Positions 52,348-64,000 of a stretch of 64,000 nt of DNA are shown piece by piece. The position numbers and the translations under genes were made by a program. Origin of the DNA: Octopus sinensis (Eukaryota); assembly GCF_006345805.1 (NCBI RefSeq), contig NC_043003.1:51336001-51400000 (forward strand), in the 5' to 3' direction. How positions within the stretch are numbered: position 1 is the stretch's first letter; the number at the start of each line of letters is the position of its first letter. The notes under the pieces were generated by a model, which saw nothing but the letters and a program-made list of their open reading frames with translations, made no database searches and was not told the DNA's origin.

Positions 52348-53130
52348 CATGACTGTGTGGTAAAAAGCTTGCTTCTCGGCCACATTGTTCCGGATTCAGT
52401 CCCATAACGTGGCACCTTAGGCTGACCAAAGCCTTGTGAGTGGATCTGGTCGATGGAAACTAAAAGAAGCCTATCATATATATATTGTTGCTATTATGTT
52501 AAACTGTCATATGTCCAAATTTGGCCAAATGTGTATTTTTCAATATTTAATTTGGCTTGTAATAACCAGATTTTTGGTCAAACTATTATCTCCAGCTCCT
52601 TCAAATGAGAATTGTCAAAGTGTAGTACAAATGGTATAGCATTTTTCAAAAGTGTAGTAAGCCCCACATACGACAGTTTTGCAAAAATATTTCCGACAGG
52701 AAACATTCATGGAGTTATGATTTTATGCAACCAACAAAGTATTACTGTTAAGCTGAAACTATTACTAATGTAAAAAGAAATGGAATAGTGAAACTATTTT
52801 TTTGTTTTCTGAAAAAGCAATGTTTTGTACTTACAACACTTTTGCATAATAATGATATATATATTTATGTGAGCGTGTCTTTGCCCTGCCCACCAGAAAG
52901 AAGCCTGTCACATATATATATATGTATGCTTGTGTGTATGTATGTGTTTGTACCCAATGCTAGTGTGTTTACGTCTCCTGTAATTTAGCATTTTGGCATA
53001 AGAGACCACTGGAATAATACTAGGTTTACAAAGAATAAGTCTTGCGTCAATTTTTTTCAACTAAATCCCTTCAAGGTGGTGTTTCAGCATGGCTGCAGTC
53101 AAATAATTGAAAAACATAAATGAATAAAAG
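52346..53130 (+). mobile_element. SINE family A split by a ~370-bp insertion (possible MITE, ~52487-52855)
   Basis: Head at 52346-52480, tail at 52900-53130; weak TIR-like TATTATG.AAA ends on the insert. Confidence 0.55.
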
Positions 53131-53305
53131 AATATAACCAGACACACTTAGGTGACCTTAATATGTATCTTTTCAATGTTGATTTGTAAATTGACACACT
53201 ATTCAGATATAGAAAGTGTGTGTGTGTGTTTTATGAAAGGGCATGACATCTGGACAAAAATCTCTAACATAAACCTTCCTTGTTAGTGACATAACAATAA
53301 AACTG

Positions 53306-53344
<39 letters not shown>

Positions 53345-53352
53345 CGTATTAT

Positions 53353-53825
53353 GGAGCAAATGTAAGGACAACCAAGTTCGGCAAGCTGGTATACAAAAAA
53401 ATATTAAATACATTCAATACAAAAAATGTAAATACATATACATATAAAAAAGACAGAATATAAATGACAACATTTCAAATGTAAATTTCTTCCCTGAAGA
53501 CGGTTGCTGGTAGTATCCAATTATGGAATCAAGTAACAATCATTATTTTGGACCACCAAGCCCTCAGAAACAGTTGTTGGACTCATAAAACTCTTACTCA
53601 ACCCCTTTAATTCCTGATATTATTTATATTCTTTACATCAGACTTTTTTTTATATGCATACATATGTACATTTTTTTGTATTAAATGCATTTAATATTTT
53701 TTGTATATCGACTTGCCTAACTCACTTGTCCTTACATTTGCTCCTCTACCTGCTCAAGTTCAAATCCCTTGAGCACTATGAAGTGTATTCTATACAGAGA
53801 TTACCTGTCTCTAACCTATAAATTA
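53353..53825 (+). mobile_element. Short element with inverted ~110-bp 3'-end copy and decayed HHR core
   Basis: 53353-53464 mirrors 53621-53744; CTGAAGA at 53494, GAAACAGTT at 53567. Confidence 0.6.
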
Positions 53826-54487
53826 TATATATATATCTGATGTGCATGCATGTGTGTGTTGTGTTGACGTTAAATGATTAGTTGTAAACAAATGTTACCA
53901 TCATACAAATTGTGTTTCATTCTTCTTCCATGAAAATATGTCTGGGCATGGGAAAATATAAAATATTACTTTACTTGGAAACAGGTGAAGGTTGGCATCC
54001 AGGAAGACATCCAGTCATTGAAAATTCACAACAAAAATTGTATCTGATCCATGTAAAAATGGATGTTAAAATGATGATGTGAAAGACAATTTTCCTTTTG
54101 TTTTACCTTCATTGGCTTCACAAGAGAAACAGATCTGCTGCAGATGGTGGGGATCGACTGACTTGAGAACTAGGAATCATTATGAATCCAAACTTTTTAG
54201 GGCCACCATGAGGGTACTGGATATTGTCTGAAATAATATCTAAAGGCTCTACAGATATTTTTCATATTAGTAATGATTTTCTTTGACCGGTATAAAATCA
54301 GTTTTGGTCTATGTGGTTGCAGTTAATATATAGAAGTCAGACTTCATTTTGGCAGCATCTAAACTCAATATAAAGTTTTTTTTTTACAAGTTTTGAAAAG
54401 TTCTTCTCATGTGAACGAGGCTTCTTGGCCAAATAATGAGGTATTTTCAAAATATGCTGAGTCTTGTTTTGAGAAAGCTATAATAAT

Positions 54488-54686
54488 CCTTTCTACTCTA
54501 GGCGTAAGGCCTGAAATTTGGGGGAGGGGCCTTGTCGACTTCATCGACCCCAGTGCATAACAGGTACTTATTTAATCGACACCGAAAGGATGAAAGGCAA
54601 AGTCGACCCTGGCGAAATTTGAACTCAGAATGAAATACCACTAAGCATTTTGCCTGGTGTGCTAACGATTTTGCTAGGCTACCGCC
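54488..54686 (-). mobile_element. SINE family B, monomeric form with 20-bp TSD
   Basis: TSD TTTGAGAAAGCTATAATAAT at 54468-54487 and 54687-54706. Confidence 0.88.
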
Positions 54687-54927
54687 TTTGAGAAAGCTAT
54701 AATAATGATGGCAATGATGATGATGATGATGATGATAATAATGATGATGATAATGATGATAGTGAAGCATTAGGGGAGGAGGAAGCAGCAAAGGAGAAGA
54801 AAGAGGAAGAGGAGGAAAAGGAGATTATTGATGAAGATGCAAGCAAAATATTTTTTTAAAAAACCAACGAAATCACGTGCAGAGATGCTGTATCCAAGAA
54901 GGACTAATGCATCAGCTAGTGACCTAC

Positions 54928-54993
54928 CTTTTGAGTTGTATTCCATGAAAGAGAAGTCTGTTGAAAGTTTGGTTTCTTTTGCAAGTACTTCTG
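54928..54993 (-). CDS. Possible small host exon
   Basis: Polypyrimidine tract, CAGCAG acceptor, AG|GTAGGT donor, 63/66 nt, all frames open. Confidence 0.3.
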
Positions 54994-55199
54994 CTGTGGA
55001 CTTCGGTGGGTTTAGTGTGGATTAGAGAAAAGAGAGGATAAAAACATTTTAGAATGTTATGTTTTAAATAAGATTAGCTGCCAAGAAATCAAATGGGAAG
55101 GAGGGAATTGGAGAATGAGGGGTAGAGAGAGAGAGAAAGAGAGACACACAAACACACAAACACATGCGAACATACACGCAAACACACACACACACATAT

Positions 55200-55360
55200 A
55201 TGATGGGCTTCTTTCAGTTTCCATCTACCAAATCTACTCATGAGGCTTTGGTTAGCCTAAGGTTATAGTAGAAGACACTTGCCCAAGGTGCCATGCAATG
55301 GGACTGAATCTGGAACCATGTGGTTGGTAAGCAAGCTACTTACCACACAGCCACTACTAC

Positions 55361-55363
<3 letters not shown>
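55200..55363 (-). mobile_element. SINE family A, 5' half
   Basis: Head homologous to 26100-26255. Confidence 0.8.
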
Positions 55364-55395
<32 letters not shown>

Positions 55396-56149
55396 GCATA
55401 CATGTGTGCAGACAAAATTTTACTTTACACAAGTTTTATCTTTCTTTGCAAGTATGTGTTCATCCATGCAAATAACCATCTCTCAAATATCATACGGACG
55501 ACCTAAGCAAATGCATGCCATTTTATTTTTGTGCTCATTGCCTGCACCCACAGTAAAACAATTAGAAGGAACGTTGTCTGTAAATTACTTTGGGATTCAC
55601 TGAAGTTTTCCCTTTGAAGAACTCAATCTTGTCAGTAACAATGTGGCAAGATTCTTTTGTTTAAATCAAGATAATTCTTAGACATTGTAGTTATCTAAAT
55701 TGATTTATACATATATATAAGTATGTGTGTGTGTGTTTGTGTGGCTAAACTTGTACTCGATTAGAGAGTTTGCTTTGTTATTGTTTATACAAGGTGTGTA
55801 TGCATGTGTATTACATGTGCATATGTAACTATTTGTATATCTTCACCCAGCTATCTCAAATGAAGAATCACTGAAATATTTTGTATGCATGTATACATGT
55901 ATGTTAACTTGGAACAGTGGATAGAAAAATGATTTTGTTGAGGTAAAAGTTACCTTTATATCTGAAAGTTCATTGTAGAAAAGCTTGTTATAATTAATGC
56001 TTTCTTTATTCCAGGAGCAATAAGTTAACCCTTTGTAGTCCCACTCTATATATGAAGGGCACATATCAGGTTGAACAGAGAGGGACAAATAGTTTTTCAA
56101 CAGACGTTTCCTGTCAAATAAAATAAAAGCAACATAGTTAAATGTGGTA

Positions 56150-56470
56150 AAGAAAATTCTCTCTAGAAATTCCCTTACTAGGACTATGTATTTGGATTGT
56201 GAAATTTTGAGATTCCATGATCCAAATTAGAAATGAAATATCTCAAGGTATAATGTGAGAGGTCACAGCTCTGGTACTACTGTCATATGATTAGAAAGTC
56301 ACAGGAAAGAATTGCAAAATGGATACTTCAGGCCAAGCCAACTGGCAGGTGACCTAGGTAAGCCCAAGACCAAGTTGATTGGATAACATCCATGGTTTCA
56401 GTTGGTCATGCTTGGGAATCCACTTGGAAAGTTTAATAATGGCTGCTTCTAACAGGACCCTGTTGAGAAG
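56150..56470 (+). mobile_element. Degenerate RTE LINE 3' coding relic
   Basis: ERSQLWYYCHMIRK..AKPTGR*PR(G)PRP/TSWLDNI resembles the RTE C-terminal GKRPRGRP motif. Confidence 0.55.
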
Positions 56471-56576
56471 GTGCTATTGAGAAGTATATATTCTTCTAAT
56501 ATCCTATTACACACAATTACAATATTTCAATGTATTGAGGACAGTGTCATATGCTCTCCAAGTTCAATCCCTCTCT

Positions 56577-56801
56577 TATTTCTTTACTGCCCACAAGGGG
56601 CTACACACAGAGGGGACAAACAAGGAGAGACAAATGGATTAAGTCGATTACATCGACTCCAGTGCATAACTGGTACTTATTTAATTGACCCTGAAAGGAT
56701 GAAAGGCAAAGTCAACCTCGGTGGAATTTGAACTTAGAATGTAAAAACAGACGAAATACCGCGAAGCATTTCTGCTAATGTTTCTGCCAGCTCGCCGCCT
56801 T
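56577..56801 (-). mobile_element. SINE family B, first-monomer form with 14-bp TSD
   Basis: TSD TTCAATCCCTCTCT at 56563-56576 and 56802-56815. Confidence 0.88.
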
Positions 56802-57319
56802 TTCAATCCCTCTCTGTGACACGAAAGACTGTTGTAACATGAGTTCCTTACCTTTCATACTCTTTTAAATTCAGTGACAACAAAACAGGAAGTCCTATTC
56901 TGTTGCTTGCTTGGAACTTCTTATCATTTCCAATATGTAGATATGGCAGTGGAAAAATGAGTCGATTGAAAGTGAAAACTGTTTTTGATTGGTTGCAGTA
57001 AAAATTAACCTAAAAAGACAACCAATATAACAACATTTCAAGTATTTAAAACATACATCAATTGAAATTGTTGGAAATATTTATATTTTTCATGAAAAAG
57101 GAAAGTAACATGGGTAACCCACTTTACATCCTAATATGAGATGATTTAAATTTAGTCACTTGGATCTACAACAGCTGCAACCAAATTATCCTCAAATCAT
57201 AACTAACTATCTTAAAAGTAAGCTCATTAAATCATGTAGTCTGAGGTACACTATGCTCACATATAATAAAGAAATAATTCAAAATCAAAATCGATCAACA
57301 TCAATGGAAATTGTAGCTG

Positions 57320-57512
57320 TGATACCAGTGCCGGTGGCACATAAGAGAACCATCCAAACGTGGCCGTTGCCAGCGCCGCCCCGACTGGCCTCCGTGCTGG
57401 TGGCACATAAAAAGCACCATCCGATTCTGGCTGTTTGCCAGCCTCGTCTGGCACCTGTGCCAGTGGCATGTAAAAAGCACCCATTGCACTCATGGAGTGG
57501 CTGGCGTTAGGA
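57320..57512 (+). mobile_element. Family D retroposon 5' repeat region
   Basis: GTGC(C/T)GGTGGCACAT(A)AAAAGCACC repeats ending GAGTGGCTGGCGTTAGGAAG. Confidence 0.65.
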
Positions 57513-59721
57513 AGTGAAATGTTTGAATGATTTTTGTAAAAAGTCTGAATGATTAGGATTGACTTAAGGCAAAACAACAATGTTAACTTGATTAAATTTT
57601 AAACAAGGTTTCACTTGTAACTATTCCCAAACCATATGAGAAAAATCTTCATTAATTCATCCTGTAAATTCTAATATTAATCCCTGATTTTACTACAAGG
57701 GACTAAAGAGTGCAGAAGGCTTACTGAATAGGATAACAGATGTCTAGGAAACTGGGCAAGACACCACCAGTTCAAGTCCTGTACTTGGCACATGCTATGC
57801 TTGTAGTCAGGACACTAGACTGTAAAATAGCTTCAGTCAACTTAACAAAATATTTACCATGGCCTAGAAACAATTTATTGTGTTCAAGGCTAGGATAATA
57901 ATTCAGAGATGACTCAGTCTACTAAGCTGTATATAGTTAGCAAAGGTAGAATCAAGTTCAGGACACTAATTCACAACTGATCCAGTCCACCTGAATGTAA
58001 ACAGGTTATGCAAGATAAGAACAACTTGTGCCCAAGGCCAAGACACTAATTCACAGGTGGCCCAGTCTACTCAGCTGTAAACAGGTTAATGGGTAATGCA
58101 GGGGAGGAACAATCCCTTGCTCCAAGCAACAAAAGAACTGTTGATTTGACAACTGATTCATTAACTTGCAGAAATGAATTTAACCCTTTGTGTGGAATAG
58201 AGAAAAAGCTACTGACCTAAGATGGTGTAGCACCCTGTCAAGGTCATATATACCTCTCATCCACATAAGGTAATGAAACAGGTGATTAAGCACCAGGTAT
58301 ATGAGATTATTGTGACTCAGAGGGATTAACATTGAGTGACCACATTTTTGTATTGTAGTTTCAAGATTACTGACTCATTGTAACTTCACACAGAAATATT
58401 TGTAGCACTTTTCAGAATCTCATCTTCTTACCCAAGTAAGACAAATACATTGAGATGATTATTCATTAATTTATTAGACCAGATAGTGCATGCATCAACA
58501 TTAGTCATCATTCAGTACAATTTCAATAGTTTTTATTGATATTAAATGACAAACAACAAAAATAAACTGTCAATCAATTATATATGCAAATTGGTATAAC
58601 AAATTTCAGCCTGTGCCATGAAGATAAAGGTAAAACAGAAGACAAGCATTCCCTGACTTCTTCCAGACAAATTATTTTCCATCTATGAGCAATGTTTCAC
58701 TTCATAAAATGTTTGATTTATATAGCTTGGGCTATGTCATGCTGATAATTTTTTAAATGAATGAAATAGTACTATGCATGATTAGCACTGACTAGAAATT
58801 TTAAGATCTCCATAATAAGAAAGCAGCAAACAAAAAAACAACCCCCCCCCCCTCAAATATGTGTATTCTGTGCATTTTTACCTTATTCCTTAATTTTAAA
58901 TTCAAACTTCTAATTCCACCACATATAATAAAGAAATAATTATCTTCCTTGTACTAACAGTCTGCTTGGAGACACCATATGTTTGCAAACAGTTGAAGAC
59001 GGTACTCACAGCGAAACCCCAAAATAGTTTGAAACATTCTTCTATCCATCAATATATTGTACATAAAGATGTGTTTACACCTGCCTAAACGTAGCATTGT
59101 TTAAAAATCTATGGATATATTCTGTAGTACAGTATAACATTGAGACAGAAAATATCTGAGAAATTCATTTGACATTTTACGACCCCATTGTTGTTATTAT
59201 TGATGGTGTTATTATTGTTGTCATTGATATTTAGTTTAACTGGGCAGTCGTATATTTAGACAATCATCTTGTATTTGGATAATCAGCCAAGAGCTGTTCT
59301 GTGTTATGATTTACTTGAGGTCAAAACTCTTATCTCTAAATGGCTGAGCTGGTTTAGTAGCATGAAGTACTGCTTGCTGGGAAGTATGATTTTTCTCTAA
59401 ATAATGTTTGCAAAGCAAAATTAGTAAATGATCCAGAGATTTGTGTCTCCTTTCTCTCATGGAAAATGTTATTTGCCACCAAGTAACATGTTATCGAGAG
59501 GAAAATATGCATCTCACTTGCTTCAAACCTGAGAAATAGGATATAAGCCCATGAAGGTCTATGAATGGAAAGAAAATATGCAACCTGTTCCATTCAATAT
59601 GTTATTTATGGGTGAACTGAGTCTGACTTTGCACAAGGGTGAGTAAGAAAGTTATGCAATTTTTAATTGTATTACATAATGACTCTTGTATGTATGGGGG
59701 TGAAGTGAAAAATAATGTAAG

Positions 59722-60133
59722 CAAGCAAGAGTGGCTTTGTCGTAAGTAGCTTGCTTACCAACCACATGGTTCCGGGTTCAGTCGCACTGCGTGGCACCTT
59801 GGACAAGTGTCTTCTACTATAGCCTCAGGCCGACTAAAGCCTTGTGAGTGGATTTGGCAGACAGAAACTGAAAGAAGCTCGTCATATGTATGTATATATA
59901 TATATATGTGTGTGTATATGTTTGTGTGTCTGTGATTGTCCCCCCAACATCACTTGACAACCGATGCTGGTGTGTTTACGCTCTCGTAACATAGTGATTC
60001 GGCAAAAGAGACCGATAGAATAAGTTCTAGGCTTCCAAAGAATATGCCCTGGGGTCGATTTGCTCAACTAAAGGCGGTGCTCCAGCATGGCCACAGTCAA
60101 ATGACGGAAACAAGTAAAAGAGAGTAAAAGAAA
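59722..60133 (+). mobile_element. SINE family A, full length
   Basis: tRNA-like head, central microsatellite, tail GGCGGTGCTCCAGCATGGCCACAGTCAAATGAC. Confidence 0.88.
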
Positions 60134-60304
60134 AGGGAGTAAGCATCGCATTACTTTCTGACTGACCATTTTAATAATGTGCCTCTATCTAAATGGAATC
60201 TTAATGAATCCATACATAAACTGTGTTCAACACGTCTGTGAACAGCTGATGTCTCAGTGATTCACCCATAGGATATGAATAAAAAATAAAACCTTTGTAC
60301 TTAC

Positions 60305-60461
60305 TTCACGTTGAAGGTATTCTATTTTAACCAGTAGGACAGTAGGTTGTCTGAAGTAGTCTGTTTTTAGAATGACTATTTCCTGTACAATACCATTTAC
60401 TGATGTTACAGCTCTATTGATGAAACTCTGAAGTGGAAACGACACAATATGTGCTAAATGC
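60305..60461 (-). CDS. Probable host-gene internal exon (protein not recognised)
   Basis: TTTCAG| acceptor (alternative in-frame acceptor at 60427), GAA|GTAAGT donor, open frame HLAHIVSFPLQSFINRAV..KIEYLQRE. Confidence 0.6.
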
Positions 60462-60656
60462 CTGAAATATAACATTTTGATTTATGTTTTATTCCATCAA
60501 ACCCATTCAATATTTATCTATTGAATTTTTTTCTCATTTTGCCAATTTACACGTTATTATTATTTCAACTAAGCACAACTCAGTGCCTTGGATGTGTTTA
60601 CAGTGTTGATTTGATGTATTGAGTCACCCCATCAATAATGTGGGTTTTTTTCAAAT

Positions 60657-61052
60657 TGCAGTGAGCTGGCAGAATCGTTAGCATGCTGGGCGAAATGCTT
60701 TGTGGTATTTCGTCCGCCGCTGCATTCTGAGTTCAAATTTCGCCTAGGTCAACTTTGCCTTTCATCCTTTCGGGGTTGATTAAATAAGTACCAGTTACAC
60801 ACTGGGATCGATATAATCGACTTAATCCGTTTGTCTTTCCTTGTTTGTCCTCTCTGTGTTTAGCCCCTTGTGGGTAGTAAAGAAATAGATATTTTGTCTG
60901 TCATTAAGTTCTGAGTTCAAATTCCACCGAAGTCGTCTTTGTCTTTCATCCTTCCTGGGTCAATAAATTAAGTACCAGTTGCATACTGGGGTCGATCTAA
61001 TCAACTGGCCTCTTCCCCCAAAATTTCAGGCCTTGTGCCTAGAGTAGAAAAG
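60657..61052 (+). mobile_element. SINE family B, dimeric form
   Basis: Reverse complement of the 17641-18042 architecture. Confidence 0.85.
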
Positions 61053-61149
61053 AATTGCACAAACTAAATGTTGCAGGGGGACAGGATGAACTAACTGCAT
61101 CAACTTGCTATAAAAGCAGGTAACAATTTTACATTGTCCTTATTCTTAG

Positions 61150-61726
61150 TAAAAGTTTTAAAAGTTTGATTTTAACAGTTATTTTTTCAAAGCTATAATG
61201 GAAGTGAAAAAGGAGCATATTTGGCCATATTTTTCTTTATGAGTTCAATAAAGGCAACAACTCAACAGAAAGTGTGAGGAACATTAATGAAGTATATGGG
61301 GATTAGACAATAAGTGTAAGCCAGTTTCAATGGTGGTTCCAGAAATTCTGAGCCAGAAACTACAGCTTAGAAGATGAGCCTTGTCCTGGAAGATCTGTGG
61401 AGCTCAATGAAGATGTCCTGCAAACCCTGGTGGGACAAAATTCTATCATAACTGTTGAGGAACTTGCAGAAAAAACTAGGATTTGGTCATTCAAGTCAGT
61501 GCTAGAAGAAAAATGACCATCTTTGGTTTCAAGATGAAAGGTGCTCTTCCATCAGGATAATGCTTGGCCATATACAGTGAGAACGACACTCCAGTTGGAC
61601 TGGGAAACGATGCCCCACCCACCATATTCACCAGACATTACCCCATCTGATTATCATTTGGCATTGGTCATCAAAATTATTTGGACAGAAAAAATATGAA
61701 TTCTGTAGACAAGGTCAGAACAGTAC
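61150..61726 (+). mobile_element. Internally deleted mariner transposase relic (Mos1/Hsmar-like)
   Basis: MEVKKEHI..YEFNKG..SLEDEP..GR, LFHQDNA, HPPYSPDITPSDYHL; interrupted by SINE A 3' half at 61727-61867. Confidence 0.85.
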
Positions 61727-62346
61727 TGGGTTCAGCAAAAGAGACCGATAGAATAAGTACTAGGCTTACAAAGAATAAGTCCTGGGTTCGATTTGCTCGA
61801 CCAAAGGCAGTGCTCAAGCATGGCCGCAATCAAATGACTGAAACAAGTAAAAGAGTAAAAGAGTAAAAAAGTATGAATTGTGATCTTCTGGTCAGTTTTT
61901 GTAATGGATATCTGATTTGCAATTAATAATATCAAGAAAAAAATACACTGTTTTTGGAAGAGGGATTCAAGGCATGGTAGAATGGAAGTTCTTGTACAAG
62001 TATTTTTTTTTTGTTTGAATGTTACCAGCATCATGGAATGGTGTTTAGTTTGTGTTTCATCCTTTCAGGGTCAATAAATAAGCACATGCTTCATCTTTTC
62101 GCCTTCTACCCACCTCCTCTCTATATATTTATACACACACATATGGATTGATGGATAGATAAATAGACAGATAGCTAGATATAGCTAATATGTCTTTATA
62201 TATAAATAAGAGTACAAAAATGTTTATATATCTGTATGACCATGTACACATAAATGTATGCATGTATGTGCATTTGTGTGTATGTATGCAGGCGTGTGTG
62301 TGTGTGTGTGTGTGTACAGATATGTAGGTATGTATGATTAACTAAC

Positions 62347-62535
62347 CTTTATCCAATATTTCTGTGAATGTACCTCGAACATGTCAATTCCAAAAAGGTA
62401 TGAGACTTCAATGAAATGGTCAAATGGAGGCAGTTCTAAGACACTGACTTCAGCCAAACTCAACAATTGCCCGAGATGGTTCACAAATCGCTCTTTCAGA
62501 GGGAGAACATTACTGAAGGTATGTTGGTCTAAAAC
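62347..62535 (-). CDS. Probable host-gene internal exon, 63 codons (protein not recognised)
   Basis: CCTTCAG|GTT acceptor, AAG|GTTAGT donor, phase 0-0, VLDQHTFSNVLPLKERFVNHLGQLL..SYLFGIDMFEVHSQKYWIK. Confidence 0.65.
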
Positions 62536-64000
62536 CTGAAGGTATACAACATAGTCCACAGCTACACATTGTAGGTATAGTTTAGAATAGAAAATTACCA
62601 AATATATGTTAAACTTTTATTCTTTTATTCATGTACTGGTTTCAGTCATTCGACTACAATCTTACTTGAATGCAACTTTCAAAGGTTTTTTTTTATTCAG
62701 TCATATCACACTAAGTACTTCTATATACAATAAACTCCATTGATACAGATATTAGATTTTGATCTTGGTTTTCCTAATAGGTGTGTGTGTTCTGTCTAGT
62801 GTCTGCTCCTTGTTAGTCACTCAGTGCTTAGTACATGCTGAACCAGTGATGGATTGTTTACATGGTTGTCTTAACTGTTAGTAATAGCAGCTAAATTTCC
62901 TCAAATCATTCCTTGCTTTCTGAAATTGGGTATGCATTGGACAATGTAGTTATATATACATGCAGGCACATATGCATATGTACTCACGCATAAGGTTAGA
63001 GGTCTGGGTACCAACCTAATCACTCTCCTTACAAAAAAAAAAAACTCCTACACACATACCAACCCCTTTAACCCTACCCCTACACACATCAGCCTGTCAC
63101 ACTTTTGTTGGTATCCCATCTAACTCAAGTTTTTGTGGGGCAAGGGATATTATCCTTGATGAATTCTTCTCTTAATTGTCTCCCAACAACTTCATTTCAT
63201 CTTTTTCTGCAGCGCTCACAAACCATATTTAATACTTCCTCACTCTCAGTAACAGAGAGCAATCGCTTTGTCTTTGATGAGCACAGTTAGTAGCTGATTA
63301 TCTAGTTACTTATTATTCAGTGTGTAACTGATTGGTAATATCAGCAGTAATGGATCTATAATGCTGTATACTTTGAGTAATATGGACCACATTGTTGACA
63401 AATATATGAATGACTATTTTTTTCTGATATGGATTCTTAGATGCCAATGTAGTCTTAGCTGTACAAAAATGGCTGATTATCTCATCTGGAATACCCTGTA
63501 GCTTGGATTTGCTCAATCAAGGCCAACATTTGATTACAGAGTAACAACTAAGTGGATATCTTACAGAACTAGAAGGAATTTCAACAAGCTTATAAAGGAG
63601 ACTTTAGGTGCTAGAAATGGTAATCAAATATCCATGAAATGACATCCTAAAAAGAGAACAACATATTAAATAATTCAGTCTTAAATACTCATAAGGAGAT
63701 CATAGTCTATTCTATAGACCTGCTACAGTAACAACAATAACAACAATGACAACAACACAGAGGAATTTCATTATGCTGAAAACACTAAAGTTAAAGCATA
63801 AGATCACCAGAACACATGCATCGATGTCGCGTTATGAAGTTTGCTTTGCAACCATGTAGTTTTGAGTTCAGTCTCAACATGTGACCCTTTGGACAAATGT
63901 CTTTTATTATAATCTCAGACCAATCAATGCCATGTGAGTGAATTCACTTGATGAAAACTATGTGGAAGCCAGTTAAAAAAAAAGTACTTGAAATATATAT

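Noticed and set aside
53490-53580. Functional HHR
   Set aside because: Both core halves are present but stem I barely pairs and stem II is irregular; kept only as a decayed motif
63313-63516. Additional host exon
   Set aside because: The open frame ends in TAA TAA before the best donor; no consistent splice phase

Overview
Very AT-rich, microsatellite-dense eukaryotic genomic DNA. The repeat landscape looks like an octopus (cephalopod) genome; this is inferred from the SINE/LINE content, not proven. The window is almost entirely decayed mobile DNA. It holds a near full-length R4/Dong-clade retrotransposon sitting in a (TAA)n tract, and CR1/L2-type LINEs, one near full length with a CCCH-finger ORF1. 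It also holds a Penelope-like element (RT + GIY-YIG) with inverted terminal arms, RTE relics, two mariner relics and at least three Helitron families. One Helitron family is a 2-kb composite carrying a ~166-bp satellite and a PIF1 fragment, present twice in inverted orientation. Several MITEs and four SINE families complete the set. A few probable host exons lie on the minus strand near the right end (gene not recognised). The most interesting signal is a set of hand-folded type I hammerhead ribozyme (HHR) motifs. They lie in the Penelope 3' arms and in short non-coding elements with Penelope-style inverted ends, often next to (TA)n. Two related copies (15406-15479 + and 38114-38178 -) have canonical cores and covarying stems. 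Others carry variant cores (U3-A8, U4C, A6U) and palindromic stem III, consistent with dimeric cleavage. All folds were made by eye and none is tested. Most entries in the ORF track are microsatellite or antisense artefacts.
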